This document shows positions 19,987 through 28,340 of a stretch of 45,063 bases of DNA, one piece after another. Within the stretch, counting starts at the first letter, position 1, and every line of letters begins with the position of its first letter. The notes under the pieces are model-generated. The model had not been told where the DNA came from. It saw only the letters and a list, made by a program, of their open reading frames with translations, and did no database searches. This stretch comes from Patescibacteria group bacterium (lineage in GTDB: Bacteria; Patescibacteriota; Minisyncoccia; UBA6257; 2-01-FULL-56-20): positions 1-45,063 of the forward strand of contig JBBUBW010000012.1 in assembly GCA_038058095.1 (NCBI GenBank), given 5' to 3'. The position numbers were made by a program, and so were the translations under genes.

Positions 19987-20665
19987 TAGTTTCTTTTATG
20001 CTTTTGAATGTTTTGACGACTTTTTTGTAATTCATACGCTTAGGGCCGATAGCTAGAAGTAAAAGATTTCGGCCGTCGATGCTGCATTTTTTCGCAACAA
20101 CCGAAAGTTCTTCACTTGCAGTGAACGGACTTTTTTTCCCGATAAAAACCTGAATAGAATCTTCCGGAAACATTTTGCCGTTGAAATTCTCGATTTTTTT
20201 GTCGAGCTCTTCGAAGTCACGGATGATGCCTTTAATTTCTTTTTGGCTATCCCAACTTAAATTATCAATTAATGTCTCAAGGCCGGTTTTATAGACCCGT
20301 TCTCCGGTTTCCGGTTCGATGGCGCTTAATAAATTTAAATGGTTTGAGAAAAGGTCAACAAAATTAAGCCAGTCCTGATCGTGAAGGCATTTTTGAAATT
20401 CGTTATCAAGAGAGGTTTCGGTTTCATTCGATAAAATCTTGCTTACAAAAAACTCATAAGCGCTATCACTTGGAACGCGACCAGCTGAGTGGTACGGCTG
20501 TTCTAAATAACCGATGTCGGTTAAATTCTCAAGCTCATGGCGGATCATTGCCGGCCGAATGCCGAAGTCATATTTCTCATAAAGGGAGCCAGAAGAAACC
20601 GGAACTCCGTTTTTTATAAAGGATTCAATGACGGCGTTTAATATGTTTTCGGCGCGCTTTTCCAT
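19967..20665 (-). CDS. hrcA: Heat-inducible transcription repressor HrcA (short form)
   Basis: PVSS, YLEQPYHSAGRVPSD and IGPKRMNY motifs; 232 aa; CIRCE upstream. Confidence 0.92.
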   Translation of the reverse strand: MEKRAENILNAVIESFIKNGVPVSSGSLYEKYDFGIRPAMIRHELENLTDIGYLEQPYHSAGRVPSDSAYEFFVSKILSNETETSLDNEFQKCLHDQDWLNFVDLFSNHLNLLSAIEPETGERVYKTGLETLIDNLSWDSQKEIKGIIRDFEELDKKIENFNGKMFPEDSIQVFIGKKSPFTASEELSVVAKKCSIDGRNLLLLAIGPKRMNYKKVVKTFKSIKETNGGKRK

Positions 20666-20706
20666 AATTTAGCTACGGAATACGGATTTAGTACGAATAT
20701 ACAGAA
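20663..20706 (-). repeat. TACGAA-type repeat forming the hrcA 5' leader
   Basis: CATAATTTAGCTACGGAATACGGATTTAGTACGAATATACAGAA; near copy at 28201-28243. Confidence 0.75.
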
Positions 20707-20709
20707 ACC

Positions 20710-20737
20710 AGTATAGCCGTATTAGCAATCGTGTCAA
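20710..20737 (-). promoter_or_regulatory. Sigma70-type promoter of the hrcA operon
   Basis: TTGACA-16bp-TATACT on the minus strand; the -35 lies in the CIRCE spacer. Confidence 0.8.
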
Positions 20738-20748
20738 GGGATTGCTAA
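20722..20748. promoter_or_regulatory. CIRCE operator (variant)
   Basis: TTAGCAATC-N9-GATTGCTAA versus consensus TTAGCACTC-N9-GAGTGCTAA, upstream of hrcA. Confidence 0.92.
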
Positions 20749-20758
20749 TAGTCACTCC

Positions 20759-20890
20759 TGTTTTGTTTCCGGGAACCGGTTGTTCCCTTGCTCCTGCGGC
20801 AAGAGCCAACCTGCCTCTCGGCATTTTCGCTCCGTTAAAATTCGGAGGCCAAGCCGAAAATGCCTCCGAGAGCTTCCCGGAAACAAAACA
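20759..20890 (+). repeat. Structured dispersed repeat element, copy 2 (intergenic)
   Basis: Perfect 17-bp terminal inverted repeat TGTTTTGTTTCCGGGAA/TTCCCGGAAACAAAACA with nested stems. Confidence 0.88.
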
Positions 20891-20963
20891 CTCGCTTAGG
20901 GGCTGAAATTTGGGTTCTGGGGTGCCAATTTATTAGAGATAGCTTTTATGGTAGAATTGAGGT

Positions 20964-21869
20964 ATGGAAACCATAAAGGGCAAGGTGAGTTGGATAGATA
21001 TAGTTAAGCCGAGCGAAGGTGATATTAATTGGCTAAAAAAGACTTACCACTTTCACCACTTAATATTAGACGAGTTGCGATTGCCCTCGGCGAGATCGAA
21101 AGTTGATTTTCACAAGGATTATTTTTATTTTGTTTACTACTTTCCTGTTTATGATCCGGTAGAGAAAGTTTCAAGGCGGGGCGAGATAGACTTTATAGTC
21201 ACTAAAAAGGAGGTTATCACTGTTTCCTATGAGGAAGTTGAGGTTTTTAACGGCAAGCGAAAATCTCTAAAACCAGAAAGCCATATTTTGCTGGATTCGT
21301 TGACACTTGTGCATTACTTAATTGAAACCTTACTTAGTTTTCAGCAAAGGCAGCTTATCCACATTGGCCAGAAAGTGGAAGAAGTGAGCTTGGAATTGTT
21401 TAAGGAACGGGAAAAGCAAAGAGAACAGGAGCTGCTTCAGAAGATTTCTTATTTAAAAAGAGATATTTCTCAATATAGAATTATCATCAAACCACAGCGG
21501 CATATTCTGGAATCTTTTTTCCAAGGCGGATGTAATTTTTTAGGCACTCAATGTCAGATTTATTTAAATGATTTAATCGGCGAACATATGAAGATTGTGG
21601 ATCAACTAGAAGACTACCGACAAGCAGTTGAGGATTTTGAGTCCACGAATAATCAATTGATCGGTTTGAAAAACGCACAGGTGGTGCGGACTTTTACAAT
21701 TTTAGCTTTCGTGACATTCCCGATGATGCTTTTTTCCGCTATCTTCAGTATGAACACAAAGAACACTCCAATTGTTGAGAGCGAAAATGGTTTTTGGATT
21801 ATTCTAGCGATAATGGTGGCGGCGATGTTCGTGATGTTTGCTTATTTCAGAAAACGGGATTGGTTATAG
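20964..21869 (+). CDS. corA: CorA family divalent cation transporter
   Basis: WIDI..P, two C-terminal TM helices, FSMN (GMN variant), YFRKRDWL end. Confidence 0.92.
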   Translation: METIKGKVSWIDIVKPSEGDINWLKKTYHFHHLILDELRLPSARSKVDFHKDYFYFVYYFPVYDPVEKVSRRGEIDFIVTKKEVITVSYEEVEVFNGKRKSLKPESHILLDSLTLVHYLIETLLSFQQRQLIHIGQKVEEVSLELFKEREKQREQELLQKISYLKRDISQYRIIIKPQRHILESFFQGGCNFLGTQCQIYLNDLIGEHMKIVDQLEDYRQAVEDFESTNNQLIGLKNAQVVRTFTILAFVTFPMMLFSAIFSMNTKNTPIVESENGFWIILAIMVAAMFVMFAYFRKRDWL

Positions 21870-21899
21870 TTAAATTTTTTACTTGTGAATTGGAATTCG

Positions 21900-21926
21900 A
21901 AAGCCGGACTCACTTGTCCGGCTTTT
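21900..21926. terminator. Bidirectional intrinsic terminator
   Basis: AAAGCCGGAC-TCACTT-GTCCGGCTTTT between convergent genes. Confidence 0.8.
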
Positions 21927-21954
21927 ATTTAGTGCCGATTTGCACCGGATTTTA

Positions 21955-22503
21955 TCACGCGACCATCTGGCGAGCTCGCCCGAGTCTTTTGATTTCTCGA
22001 TCGAGAATTTTCTCGACTCTGCTCTTCTGGTAGTCAGTTCCCTGGCGGCGAATAAGACGAGCGATTTTCGTCGTTATTCTTTTTTCGCGGAGAAGAAAAC
22101 CACAGATTGCAACAGCGATTCTGGCGCTTTTGCAATCATCAAGTACTTCACACAGAATACTCGCTGTTGGCTTTCTGCTTCGCAGTATTCGCCAGGCGGC
22201 AACATCGAACATATTCTCAGTTGTCTCAGGGAGAGCTCTTACGAGATTTAGTAATTGCGGTGCTGAGATTTCAGACACGCAGAGTTTGTTCCATAAAACC
22301 AACTTCATCTCTGAGGGAATTGCGCTTTCGCCGGCGACGTGATAGATGAAATCTTCGAGCGTTATTTCCCTGCCTAAAAACCGTTGACTAAACTCGTTAA
22401 GAAGGTTCTGTATGGCGGGGGTTCTCTTGGTGGTTGACAGTTCGGATAGCCGAATGTATGCCTCGGTCAAACCGGCGACAATCGTTTTTGGAGGTTCGGG
22501 CAT
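21955..22503 (-). CDS. Hypothetical protein (orphan, helical)
   Basis: 182 aa, AGGAG SD, own promoter and terminator. Confidence 0.7.
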   Translation of the reverse strand: MPEPPKTIVAGLTEAYIRLSELSTTKRTPAIQNLLNEFSQRFLGREITLEDFIYHVAGESAIPSEMKLVLWNKLCVSEISAPQLLNLVRALPETTENMFDVAAWRILRSRKPTASILCEVLDDCKSARIAVAICGFLLREKRITTKIARLIRRQGTDYQKSRVEKILDREIKRLGRARQMVA

Positions 22504-22550
22504 CTTGATCTCTCCTATCTGGTCGTTAGGGTTTCAATTTATCTGTATTA

Positions 22551-22579
22551 ATTTTATTGCGAAATAAATGCTTTGTCAA
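22551..22579 (-). promoter_or_regulatory. Sigma70-type promoter
   Basis: TTGACA-17bp-TAAAAT upstream of the 21955-22503 gene. Confidence 0.75.
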
Positions 22580-22639
22580 TTTACTTTGGCGAGATTTTCC
22601 GCCCCGTGTTAGAATTTAACTATCTAATAAGGGTAAAAT

Positions 22640-24082
22640 ATGAATTTCATAAAAATCTATTTATTCGATACTTTAAGCGGGAAAAAGGAGCTAGTCGAGA
22701 AACCGAAAGGCAGGCCTTTGAGGTTTTTTATTTGCGGACCGACGGTTTATGACTATTCTCATATCGGACATGGGCGAACCTATGTAGCTTTTGATGCTTT
22801 AGGGAAATATTTAAGAAGTACGGGTCTTGAGGTTTTTTATTTGCAGAATATTACAAATATCGATGATAAGATTATCCGCCGCGCCGAAGAGGAAAAGACC
22901 GACTTTAAAACTGTAGCCAAAAAATTTACACAAGCTCATCTTAGGGATATGAAGTCTTTGGGAGTAACGGCGGTTAATAAATATGCTCTCGCCACCGACT
23001 ATATACCTGAAATTATTAAGCAAGTCCAAAAGCTGATTCAAAAAAAGCACGCCTACGTTATCGAGAAAGACGGAATTTATTTTGATGTTACGACTTTTAA
23101 GGACTATGGGAAGCTTTCGCGGCGAACAACTTTACAGGCGGAGGACGGAATAAGCCGGATTGATGAAAGCGTCGGTAAAAGAAATAAGGCAGATTTCGCG
23201 CTTTGGAAGTTTTCGAAATACGAAGAAAAACGAATGGAAAACGAAAGAACACTAAAAATTAACAACGAGAAGCCGAGTTGGCCATCCCCTTTCGGACTTG
23301 GACGGCCGGGATGGCACATTGAAGATACGGCGATAAGCGAAAAATTTTTTGGTCCACAATATGAAATTCATGGCGGGGCGGTAGATTTAAAATTTCCTCA
23401 CCACGAAGCCGAAATCGCCCAGCAGGAATCAGCGTCGGGAAAAAAGCCCTTCGTGAAAATTTGGCTTCATACCGGGTTTTTAACCACTCAAGGAGAGAAG
23501 ATGTCTAAAAGTTTAAGAAATTTTATTACTATCGATGATTTTTTGAAGAATTTTTCGGCGCAGGTATTTCGGCTCTTGGTTTTGAGCAGCCACTACCGAT
23601 CCCCTATTGATTACGTCCAGAAAATCGGAAATGAAAATCAAGCAAAGTGGATGGGAATTTTAGAATTTTTGGCGAAATTAAAATTAATCATTGCCAAAAC
23701 CGGGGGCGAGGGAATTGGCCGGCGAAATTTCGAAGAATTCCAAGCAAAGTTTAGTGAAAGCTTAGCGGATGATTTTAATACTCCAAAAGCTTTTGGGGCT
23801 CTTTTTACGCTGATGGCATTCGTTAATCCGAGAATATGGAAAGCTACAAAATCCGAAGCTAAGGAATTATATGCTTCTGTTTCGACGGCTTTGAAATCAC
23901 TTGGATTTAAGATAGGGTTTCCAGAAATTCCCAGGAAAATCGAGGTTTTACTTAAGGAAAGAGAGGAGTTAAGACGAAATCAACAGTTTACGCAATCCGA
24001 CCGCTTGAGAAAAAAAATTAATGATTTAGGATTTGGTATAGAAGATACTCCTTTAGGACCATTCGTTTGGCCTCTTAGATAG
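22640..24082 (+). CDS. cysS: Cysteine--tRNA ligase
   Basis: CGPTVY, HIGH, GRPGWHIE, FPHHEAE, KMSKS motifs. Confidence 0.98.
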   Translation: MNFIKIYLFDTLSGKKELVEKPKGRPLRFFICGPTVYDYSHIGHGRTYVAFDALGKYLRSTGLEVFYLQNITNIDDKIIRRAEEEKTDFKTVAKKFTQAHLRDMKSLGVTAVNKYALATDYIPEIIKQVQKLIQKKHAYVIEKDGIYFDVTTFKDYGKLSRRTTLQAEDGISRIDESVGKRNKADFALWKFSKYEEKRMENERTLKINNEKPSWPSPFGLGRPGWHIEDTAISEKFFGPQYEIHGGAVDLKFPHHEAEIAQQESASGKKPFVKIWLHTGFLTTQGEKMSKSLRNFITIDDFLKNFSAQVFRLLVLSSHYRSPIDYVQKIGNENQAKWMGILEFLAKLKLIIAKTGGEGIGRRNFEEFQAKFSESLADDFNTPKAFGALFTLMAFVNPRIWKATKSEAKELYASVSTALKSLGFKIGFPEIPRKIEVLLKEREELRRNQQFTQSDRLRKKINDLGFGIEDTPLGPFVWPLR

Positions 24083-24098
24083 TTGTCTTCGTTTTATT

Positions 24099-25475
24099 AT
24101 GGCTAAAAAAGATATCGCGGCGCGAGTGCCGCCAGCAAACCAGGAGGCGGAGCAATCTGTTTTGGGCGCGATTTTGATCGACAAAGATGCCATTATTAAA
24201 GTAGCGGATCTTTTAACGGCGGCTGATTTTTATCATCCTTCGAATGCGAAAATTTTCGAAATGATGATCGAGCTTTTCGAGAAGCACCAGCCAATTGATG
24301 TTTTGAGTGTTAGTAATCGGTTAAAAGAACGTGGAATTTTAAAAGAGGTCGGAGGTTCGAGTTATTTAGCGGATTTAACTAATGGAGTTCCGACATCGTC
24401 GCACATTGCCGGGTACGCAAAAATTGTGAAAGAGAAGAAGGTGCTACGCGATTTGATTCGTGTTTCGGCTGATATTACCGAAGATGTTTTTTCGCAGCCG
24501 GGAGAAGTGGAGGATCTTTTAGATGATGTGGAACAGAAGATTATGGCGATTTCGCAGAAATCAATGCCTCAAAATTTAGTTCATATTAAGGACGAACTTA
24601 AAACAGCTTACGAAAGAATTGAGAAATTGCATCGCGGAGAAGGAGCGATCAGGGGCGTGCCAACTGGTTTTGACGGATTAGATAATCTTCTTTCTGGCCT
24701 TCAGAAATCGGATTTGGTTGTTTTGGGGGCAAGGCCGTCTTTAGGCAAGACTTCATTGGCGCTCGATATCGCGCGGCACGCGGCGCTTAAAGCCGGCGCT
24801 TCGGTTGGAATTTTTTCACTTGAGATGTCGCGAGAACAAGTGATTGACCGGTTGATTTCGGCGGAGTCTCAAGTTCCCCTTTGGCGGCTTCGAACCGGAA
24901 GAATTTCGGACGATTCGGAATTTGAAATGATACAGTACGCCTTGGATCGATTATCGAATGTGCCAATTTATGTAGACGATAGCGCGTCGCCGAATGTTAT
25001 GCAGATTCGCTCGATGGCGCGCCGAATGCAGATGGAGCACGGCTTGGATCTTTTAGTAGTCGATTATCTGCAATTAATCCAGCCAAGAACTAACGCGGAC
25101 AATATGGTTCAGCAAGTAACAGAGATTTCACGTGGATTAAAGGCGCTCGCAAGAGAGCTTAAAATTCCGGTGCTGGCTTTGTCCCAACTTTCAAGAGGGG
25201 TGGAACAGCGCGACCATAAAGTGCCGAGATTGTCCGACTTGCGCGAGTCGGGAAGTATTGAGCAGGATAGCGATGTAGTGCTGTTTATTTACCGGAAAGA
25301 CCGAGAGAGAACCGACATTAGCCTCCCGCTCGAAGAGCAGAATGTGGCGCAAATTATTATTGCCAAACACAGAAACGGCCCACTGGGATCGGTGGAGCTT
25401 AAATTTGACCCTGAACGCGTAACTTTTAAAAACATAGAAACCCGGTACACCGAAGTAGCGGCGGAAGCAATATGA
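24099..25475 (+). CDS. dnaB: Replicative DNA helicase
   Basis: ARPSLGKT, FSLEMS, DYLQL, DLRESGSIEQD, KHRNGP motifs; no intein. Confidence 0.98.
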   Translation: MAKKDIAARVPPANQEAEQSVLGAILIDKDAIIKVADLLTAADFYHPSNAKIFEMMIELFEKHQPIDVLSVSNRLKERGILKEVGGSSYLADLTNGVPTSSHIAGYAKIVKEKKVLRDLIRVSADITEDVFSQPGEVEDLLDDVEQKIMAISQKSMPQNLVHIKDELKTAYERIEKLHRGEGAIRGVPTGFDGLDNLLSGLQKSDLVVLGARPSLGKTSLALDIARHAALKAGASVGIFSLEMSREQVIDRLISAESQVPLWRLRTGRISDDSEFEMIQYALDRLSNVPIYVDDSASPNVMQIRSMARRMQMEHGLDLLVVDYLQLIQPRTNADNMVQQVTEISRGLKALARELKIPVLALSQLSRGVEQRDHKVPRLSDLRESGSIEQDSDVVLFIYRKDRERTDISLPLEEQNVAQIIIAKHRNGPLGSVELKFDPERVTFKNIETRYTEVAAEAI

Positions 25476-26074
25476 ATTTACCGCAACCAATTCGAAAATT
25501 GGCCGACCATTTGGCGGATTTGCCATCAATTGGACCGAGGCAAGCCCTGCGGCTGGTTTTCTATTTTTTAAGTCAAGGGAAGAATGAGATGAACGAGTTG
25601 GCACGAAGCATCGACGACTTAAGCGGTTTAAAACTCTGCTCCAATTGTTTTTTTGTTCATCAGAACCAAGGCGGGCTTTGTGATATTTGCGGGGATAAAA
25701 ATCGCCGAAAGGATTTAATCGCTATTATAGAAAAGGAAACGGACCTGCTTTCGATTGAAAGTACGCGAAAATTCCACGGGCGGTATTTTATTTTGGGACC
25801 AATCCCTAAAACCGGCGTACTTGAAGATTGGCAGAAGTTAAGAGTTCAAGTATTGAAAGCTTTTATTAAAAATGAAATTTCCCAGCAGGCGGAAGAAATT
25901 ATTTTGGCGTTTAGCCCGACATCAAACGGAGACTTTAACTCTTCGCTTTTAATCAAGGAGCTATCCCCTTTTACTAAAAAGATCACTCGCTTAGGGCGAG
26001 GATTGCCGACGGGGGGCGAGATTGAATTTGCGGATGACGAAACTTTGGGAGAGGCGCTTGCTAAGAGGAGCTAG
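25472..26074 (+). CDS. recR: Recombination mediator RecR
   Basis: LPSIGPR HhH, C4 zinc finger, Toprim, GLPTGGEIEFAD; ATGA overlap with dnaB. Confidence 0.96.
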   Translation: MNLPQPIRKLADHLADLPSIGPRQALRLVFYFLSQGKNEMNELARSIDDLSGLKLCSNCFFVHQNQGGLCDICGDKNRRKDLIAIIEKETDLLSIESTRKFHGRYFILGPIPKTGVLEDWQKLRVQVLKAFIKNEISQQAEEIILAFSPTSNGDFNSSLLIKELSPFTKKITRLGRGLPTGGEIEFADDETLGEALAKRS

Positions 26075-26076
26075 GT

Positions 26077-26218
26077 TTAATTTCGATTTCGCACAAAAAC
26101 ACGCTATCAATTTTCCCAGCGAGAAAATTGCGCTCGCTCTCGGCCTTGCTCTCCCGTTGAAACGGGAACCATGCCCGCTCGGCCTGCGAGACGGTCTTCT
26201 TAGCGAAATCGAAATTAA
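26077..26218 (+). repeat. Structured dispersed repeat element, copy 3 (diverged)
   Basis: Perfect 16-bp terminal inverted repeat TTAATTTCGATTTCGC/GCGAAATCGAAATTAA; internal CAATTTTC-CCAGCGA-GAAAATTG and TCCCG-TTGAAA-CGGGA-ACCATGC. Confidence 0.8.
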
Positions 26219-26287
26219 TATGAGATAGGAAAAGAAGAGGTGGACTTTGGAAGAGGGAGTGGTAGTATGGAAGCAGAGGTTTTTTGG

Positions 26288-26302
26288 CGCTCTTTGAAAA
26301 CT
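26288..26302 (+). promoter_or_regulatory. boxA-like motif
   Basis: CGCTCTTTGAAAACT just upstream of an SD; identical 15-mer at 31711-31725 on the minus strand. Confidence 0.55.
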
Positions 26303-26318
26303 AACACTGGAGGATGTG

Positions 26319-26492
26319 ATGGATTCAAGCGGAGTTCAGAGTACTGTCGGCGTTTGGAATGCGATTGTGATTTTCTGTGCCGTTGCAGGAGTTGCTCTTT
26401 TCGGGAAGAGGATACTCGAGGAGGTGTCTTGGTGGCCATTTTACTTGATCATGTGGGCATCAGGTCTATTTAGCAAGGGAGATGATGACTAA
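26319..26492 (+). CDS. Small membrane protein, 57 aa (not in ORF track)
   Basis: GGAGG SD; MDSSGVQSTVGVWNAIVIFCAVAGVALFGKRILEEVSWWPFYLIMWASGLFSKGDDD. Confidence 0.65.
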   Translation: MDSSGVQSTVGVWNAIVIFCAVAGVALFGKRILEEVSWWPFYLIMWASGLFSKGDDD

Positions 26493-26567
26493 GTCGAGTA
26501 TCTCAGACTAACGAAGAAGGTTCTTTAGCTTATTGAATCGAGAGAAAATCCAATAGAGGAGGTCGCG

Positions 26568-26699
26568 ATGGCGTTTCTTGAAAAAGTTCTTCGATTCATC
26601 GCTTCTCGAGATCCGGGAATAAGCCAGATGTTCTTTCTCTGTATTCTCGGCTTGCTCGCCACTTTGGTTAATGAAAGGCAGTGCGGGGGTGGACGATGA
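26568..26699 (+). CDS. Small membrane protein, 43 aa (not in ORF track)
   Basis: AGGAGGT SD; MAFLEKVLRFIASRDPGISQMFFLCILGLLATLVNERQCGGGR; ATGA overlap with the next gene. Confidence 0.65.
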   Translation: MAFLEKVLRFIASRDPGISQMFFLCILGLLATLVNERQCGGGR

Positions 26700-26959
26700 G
26701 CGAAAATTGGATCCAGGCAGTCGTGAGAGTTCTCTTTCTAATGACTGTTTGTTGCACGGTGTTTTATTTAGCCGGCGCAACTACTGAGAAGAAGAGGGGT
26801 GGTAATCCGTTTCTAGTGATCGGGAAGAGAACTTATCTGGGTTTTCTGAATGTTGTCGGCCTAATACTCCTCGGGTGTTTTATAGTCGCTGACTGTGTGC
26901 GAGAAGTCAGTGAATTGGCTTCCTCGGGCATATTTTCAAAGGAAGGCGGTGTGAGCTGA
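26696..26959 (+). CDS. Small membrane protein, 87 aa (2 TM)
   Basis: Start MSENWIQ at the ATGA overlap; two hydrophobic helices. Confidence 0.7.
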   Translation: MSENWIQAVVRVLFLMTVCCTVFYLAGATTEKKRGGNPFLVIGKRTYLGFLNVVGLILLGCFIVADCVREVSELASSGIFSKEGGVS

Positions 26960-27123
26960 TGAGCCATGACCAACAAACAATGCGCACGCTCGTGGCATAT
27001 TTTCTTTTGATGCTGCTGAACTTCGGCATAATAAGTTGGGAAGAGTGGCAAAACAAGAATTGTAGGTGGCTAAGGCGCTACCTGCGGCGGGGTACACGAA
27101 GCCTAGATAATTTTCAAGCCTAG
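26959..27123 (+). CDS. Small membrane protein, 54 aa (not in ORF track)
   Basis: TGATG overlap; MSHDQQTMRTLVAYFLLMLLNFGIISWEEWQNKNCRWLRRYLRRGTRSLDNFQA. Confidence 0.6.
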   Translation: MSHDQQTMRTLVAYFLLMLLNFGIISWEEWQNKNCRWLRRYLRRGTRSLDNFQA

Positions 27124-27144
27124 GTGGACGAGTTTGAAACAATT

Positions 27145-27172
27145 GGGCGACATCCTCACGGGTGTCGCCTTT
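27145..27172 (+). terminator. Intrinsic terminator
   Basis: GGGCGACATCC-TCAC-GGGTGTCGCCT hairpin plus T-rich tail. Confidence 0.75.
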
Positions 27173-27198
27173 CCATTTTCTACTATTAGCTTTTACTA

Positions 27199-28203
27199 TT
27201 AACCATGCCTAACAACTAATGTATCTCCATCTTGGATGACGTATTCTTTGCCTTCAAGGCGGAGCAATCCTTTTTCGCGAGCTTTGGACCAAGAACCAAC
27301 TTCGAGGAGTTTTTGCCAATTTATCACTTCGGCGCGAATGAATTTTTTTTCAAAATCAGTATGAATAACTCCGGCAGCTTGGGGCGCTTTCATTCCTTTT
27401 TTAATAGTCCAAGCGCGAGTTTCGTCTTCGCCGGTAGTTAAGAAACTTATAAGATCTAGAATTTCGTAGGATTTTTTTATTAATTCATCCAGTTTTTCGG
27501 CTTTCGATAAATCCATATAAATGTAATCTCCGCCGACCTCTTTGATTTTTTTCTTTAGACTATCCCCTATCTGAGATTCTTCGCCGTTTATTAAATAGAG
27601 TTGTTTTTTAGCGGTTAGGAGCTGAAGTTCGGTGACGATTTCTTCGCCAGCGAATTCTATGGAGAGATGATCTTTTAAAAGTTTCTGTTTGAGTTTGAGT
27701 AAAATTTCTAAATTTTTAGCCGATTTTTTCCCTTCTGGCGTAGGAATACGGCTTTCTTTTTCTAAACTGCCGATTCTTTTTTCGACTGTTTCCAAATCTT
27801 TAATAATTAATTCAGTATTAATGATAGCCATATCGCGCTCGGGATTAACGGAATTTTCAACGTGGATAATTTCGGGATTTTCAAAAACCCTCAAAACCGT
27901 CACGATGGCTTGGGTTTCGCGAATATGCGAAAGAAATTTATTACCAAGGCCTTCTCCGGTTGAGGCGCCTTTTACGAGTCCGGCGATATCGTAAAACTCC
28001 ACGACGGCGGGGATTTTCTTTTTTGACTTGCTTAATTCGGCAAGCTTATCGATTCTTTCGTCCGGGACAGGAACAATACCAATGTTAGGGTCAATAGTGG
28101 CGAAAGGATAATTGGCAATTAAAATATCCTGCTTGGTTAGGATTTTGAAAAGGGTGGACTTCCCGACGTTGGGTAGCCCCACAATGGCGATGGATAGTTT
28201 CAT
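27199..28203 (-). CDS. ychF: Redox-regulated ATPase YchF (Obg family)
   Basis: Start MKLSIAIVGLPNVGKST; ANYPFATIDPN, DIAGLVKGAS, EGKEY motifs. Confidence 0.97.
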   Translation of the reverse strand: MKLSIAIVGLPNVGKSTLFKILTKQDILIANYPFATIDPNIGIVPVPDERIDKLAELSKSKKKIPAVVEFYDIAGLVKGASTGEGLGNKFLSHIRETQAIVTVLRVFENPEIIHVENSVNPERDMAIINTELIIKDLETVEKRIGSLEKESRIPTPEGKKSAKNLEILLKLKQKLLKDHLSIEFAGEEIVTELQLLTAKKQLYLINGEESQIGDSLKKKIKEVGGDYIYMDLSKAEKLDELIKKSYEILDLISFLTTGEDETRAWTIKKGMKAPQAAGVIHTDFEKKFIRAEVINWQKLLEVGSWSKAREKGLLRLEGKEYVIQDGDTLVVRHG

Positions 28204-28243
28204 AATTTTGCTACGAAATACGAATTGGTACGAATATACGAAT
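28201..28243 (-). repeat. TACGAA-type repeat forming the ychF 5' leader
   Basis: CATAATTTTGCTACGAAATACGAATTGGTACGAATATACGAAT; near copy at 20663-20706. Confidence 0.75.
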
Positions 28244-28264
28244 AATACTGATTTCAACGAAAAA

Positions 28265-28300
28265 GAAAAGACCTCAAGGCTTTTGGCGAAGAGGTCTTTC
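28265..28300 (-). terminator. Intrinsic terminator
   Basis: AAAGACCTC...GAGGTCTTT inverted repeat with T tract on the minus strand. Confidence 0.7.
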
Positions 28301-28340
28301 GTCTTGCGCGGATCGACTCCGCAATCTGGTTCGGTACTGT

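Noticed and set aside
25472-25475. TGA-to-Gly recoding (code 25) as in Gracilibacteria/Absconditabacteria
   Set aside because: Conserved genes are full length under code 11, and TGA ends dnaB and pilB at expected positions
26240-26473. Cys-rich 77-aa ORF suggesting a RiPP or metal-binding peptide
   Set aside because: Overlaps in another frame with the SD-led hydrophobic ORF 26319-26492, whose codons explain the Cys/Arg pattern; no modification enzymes nearby
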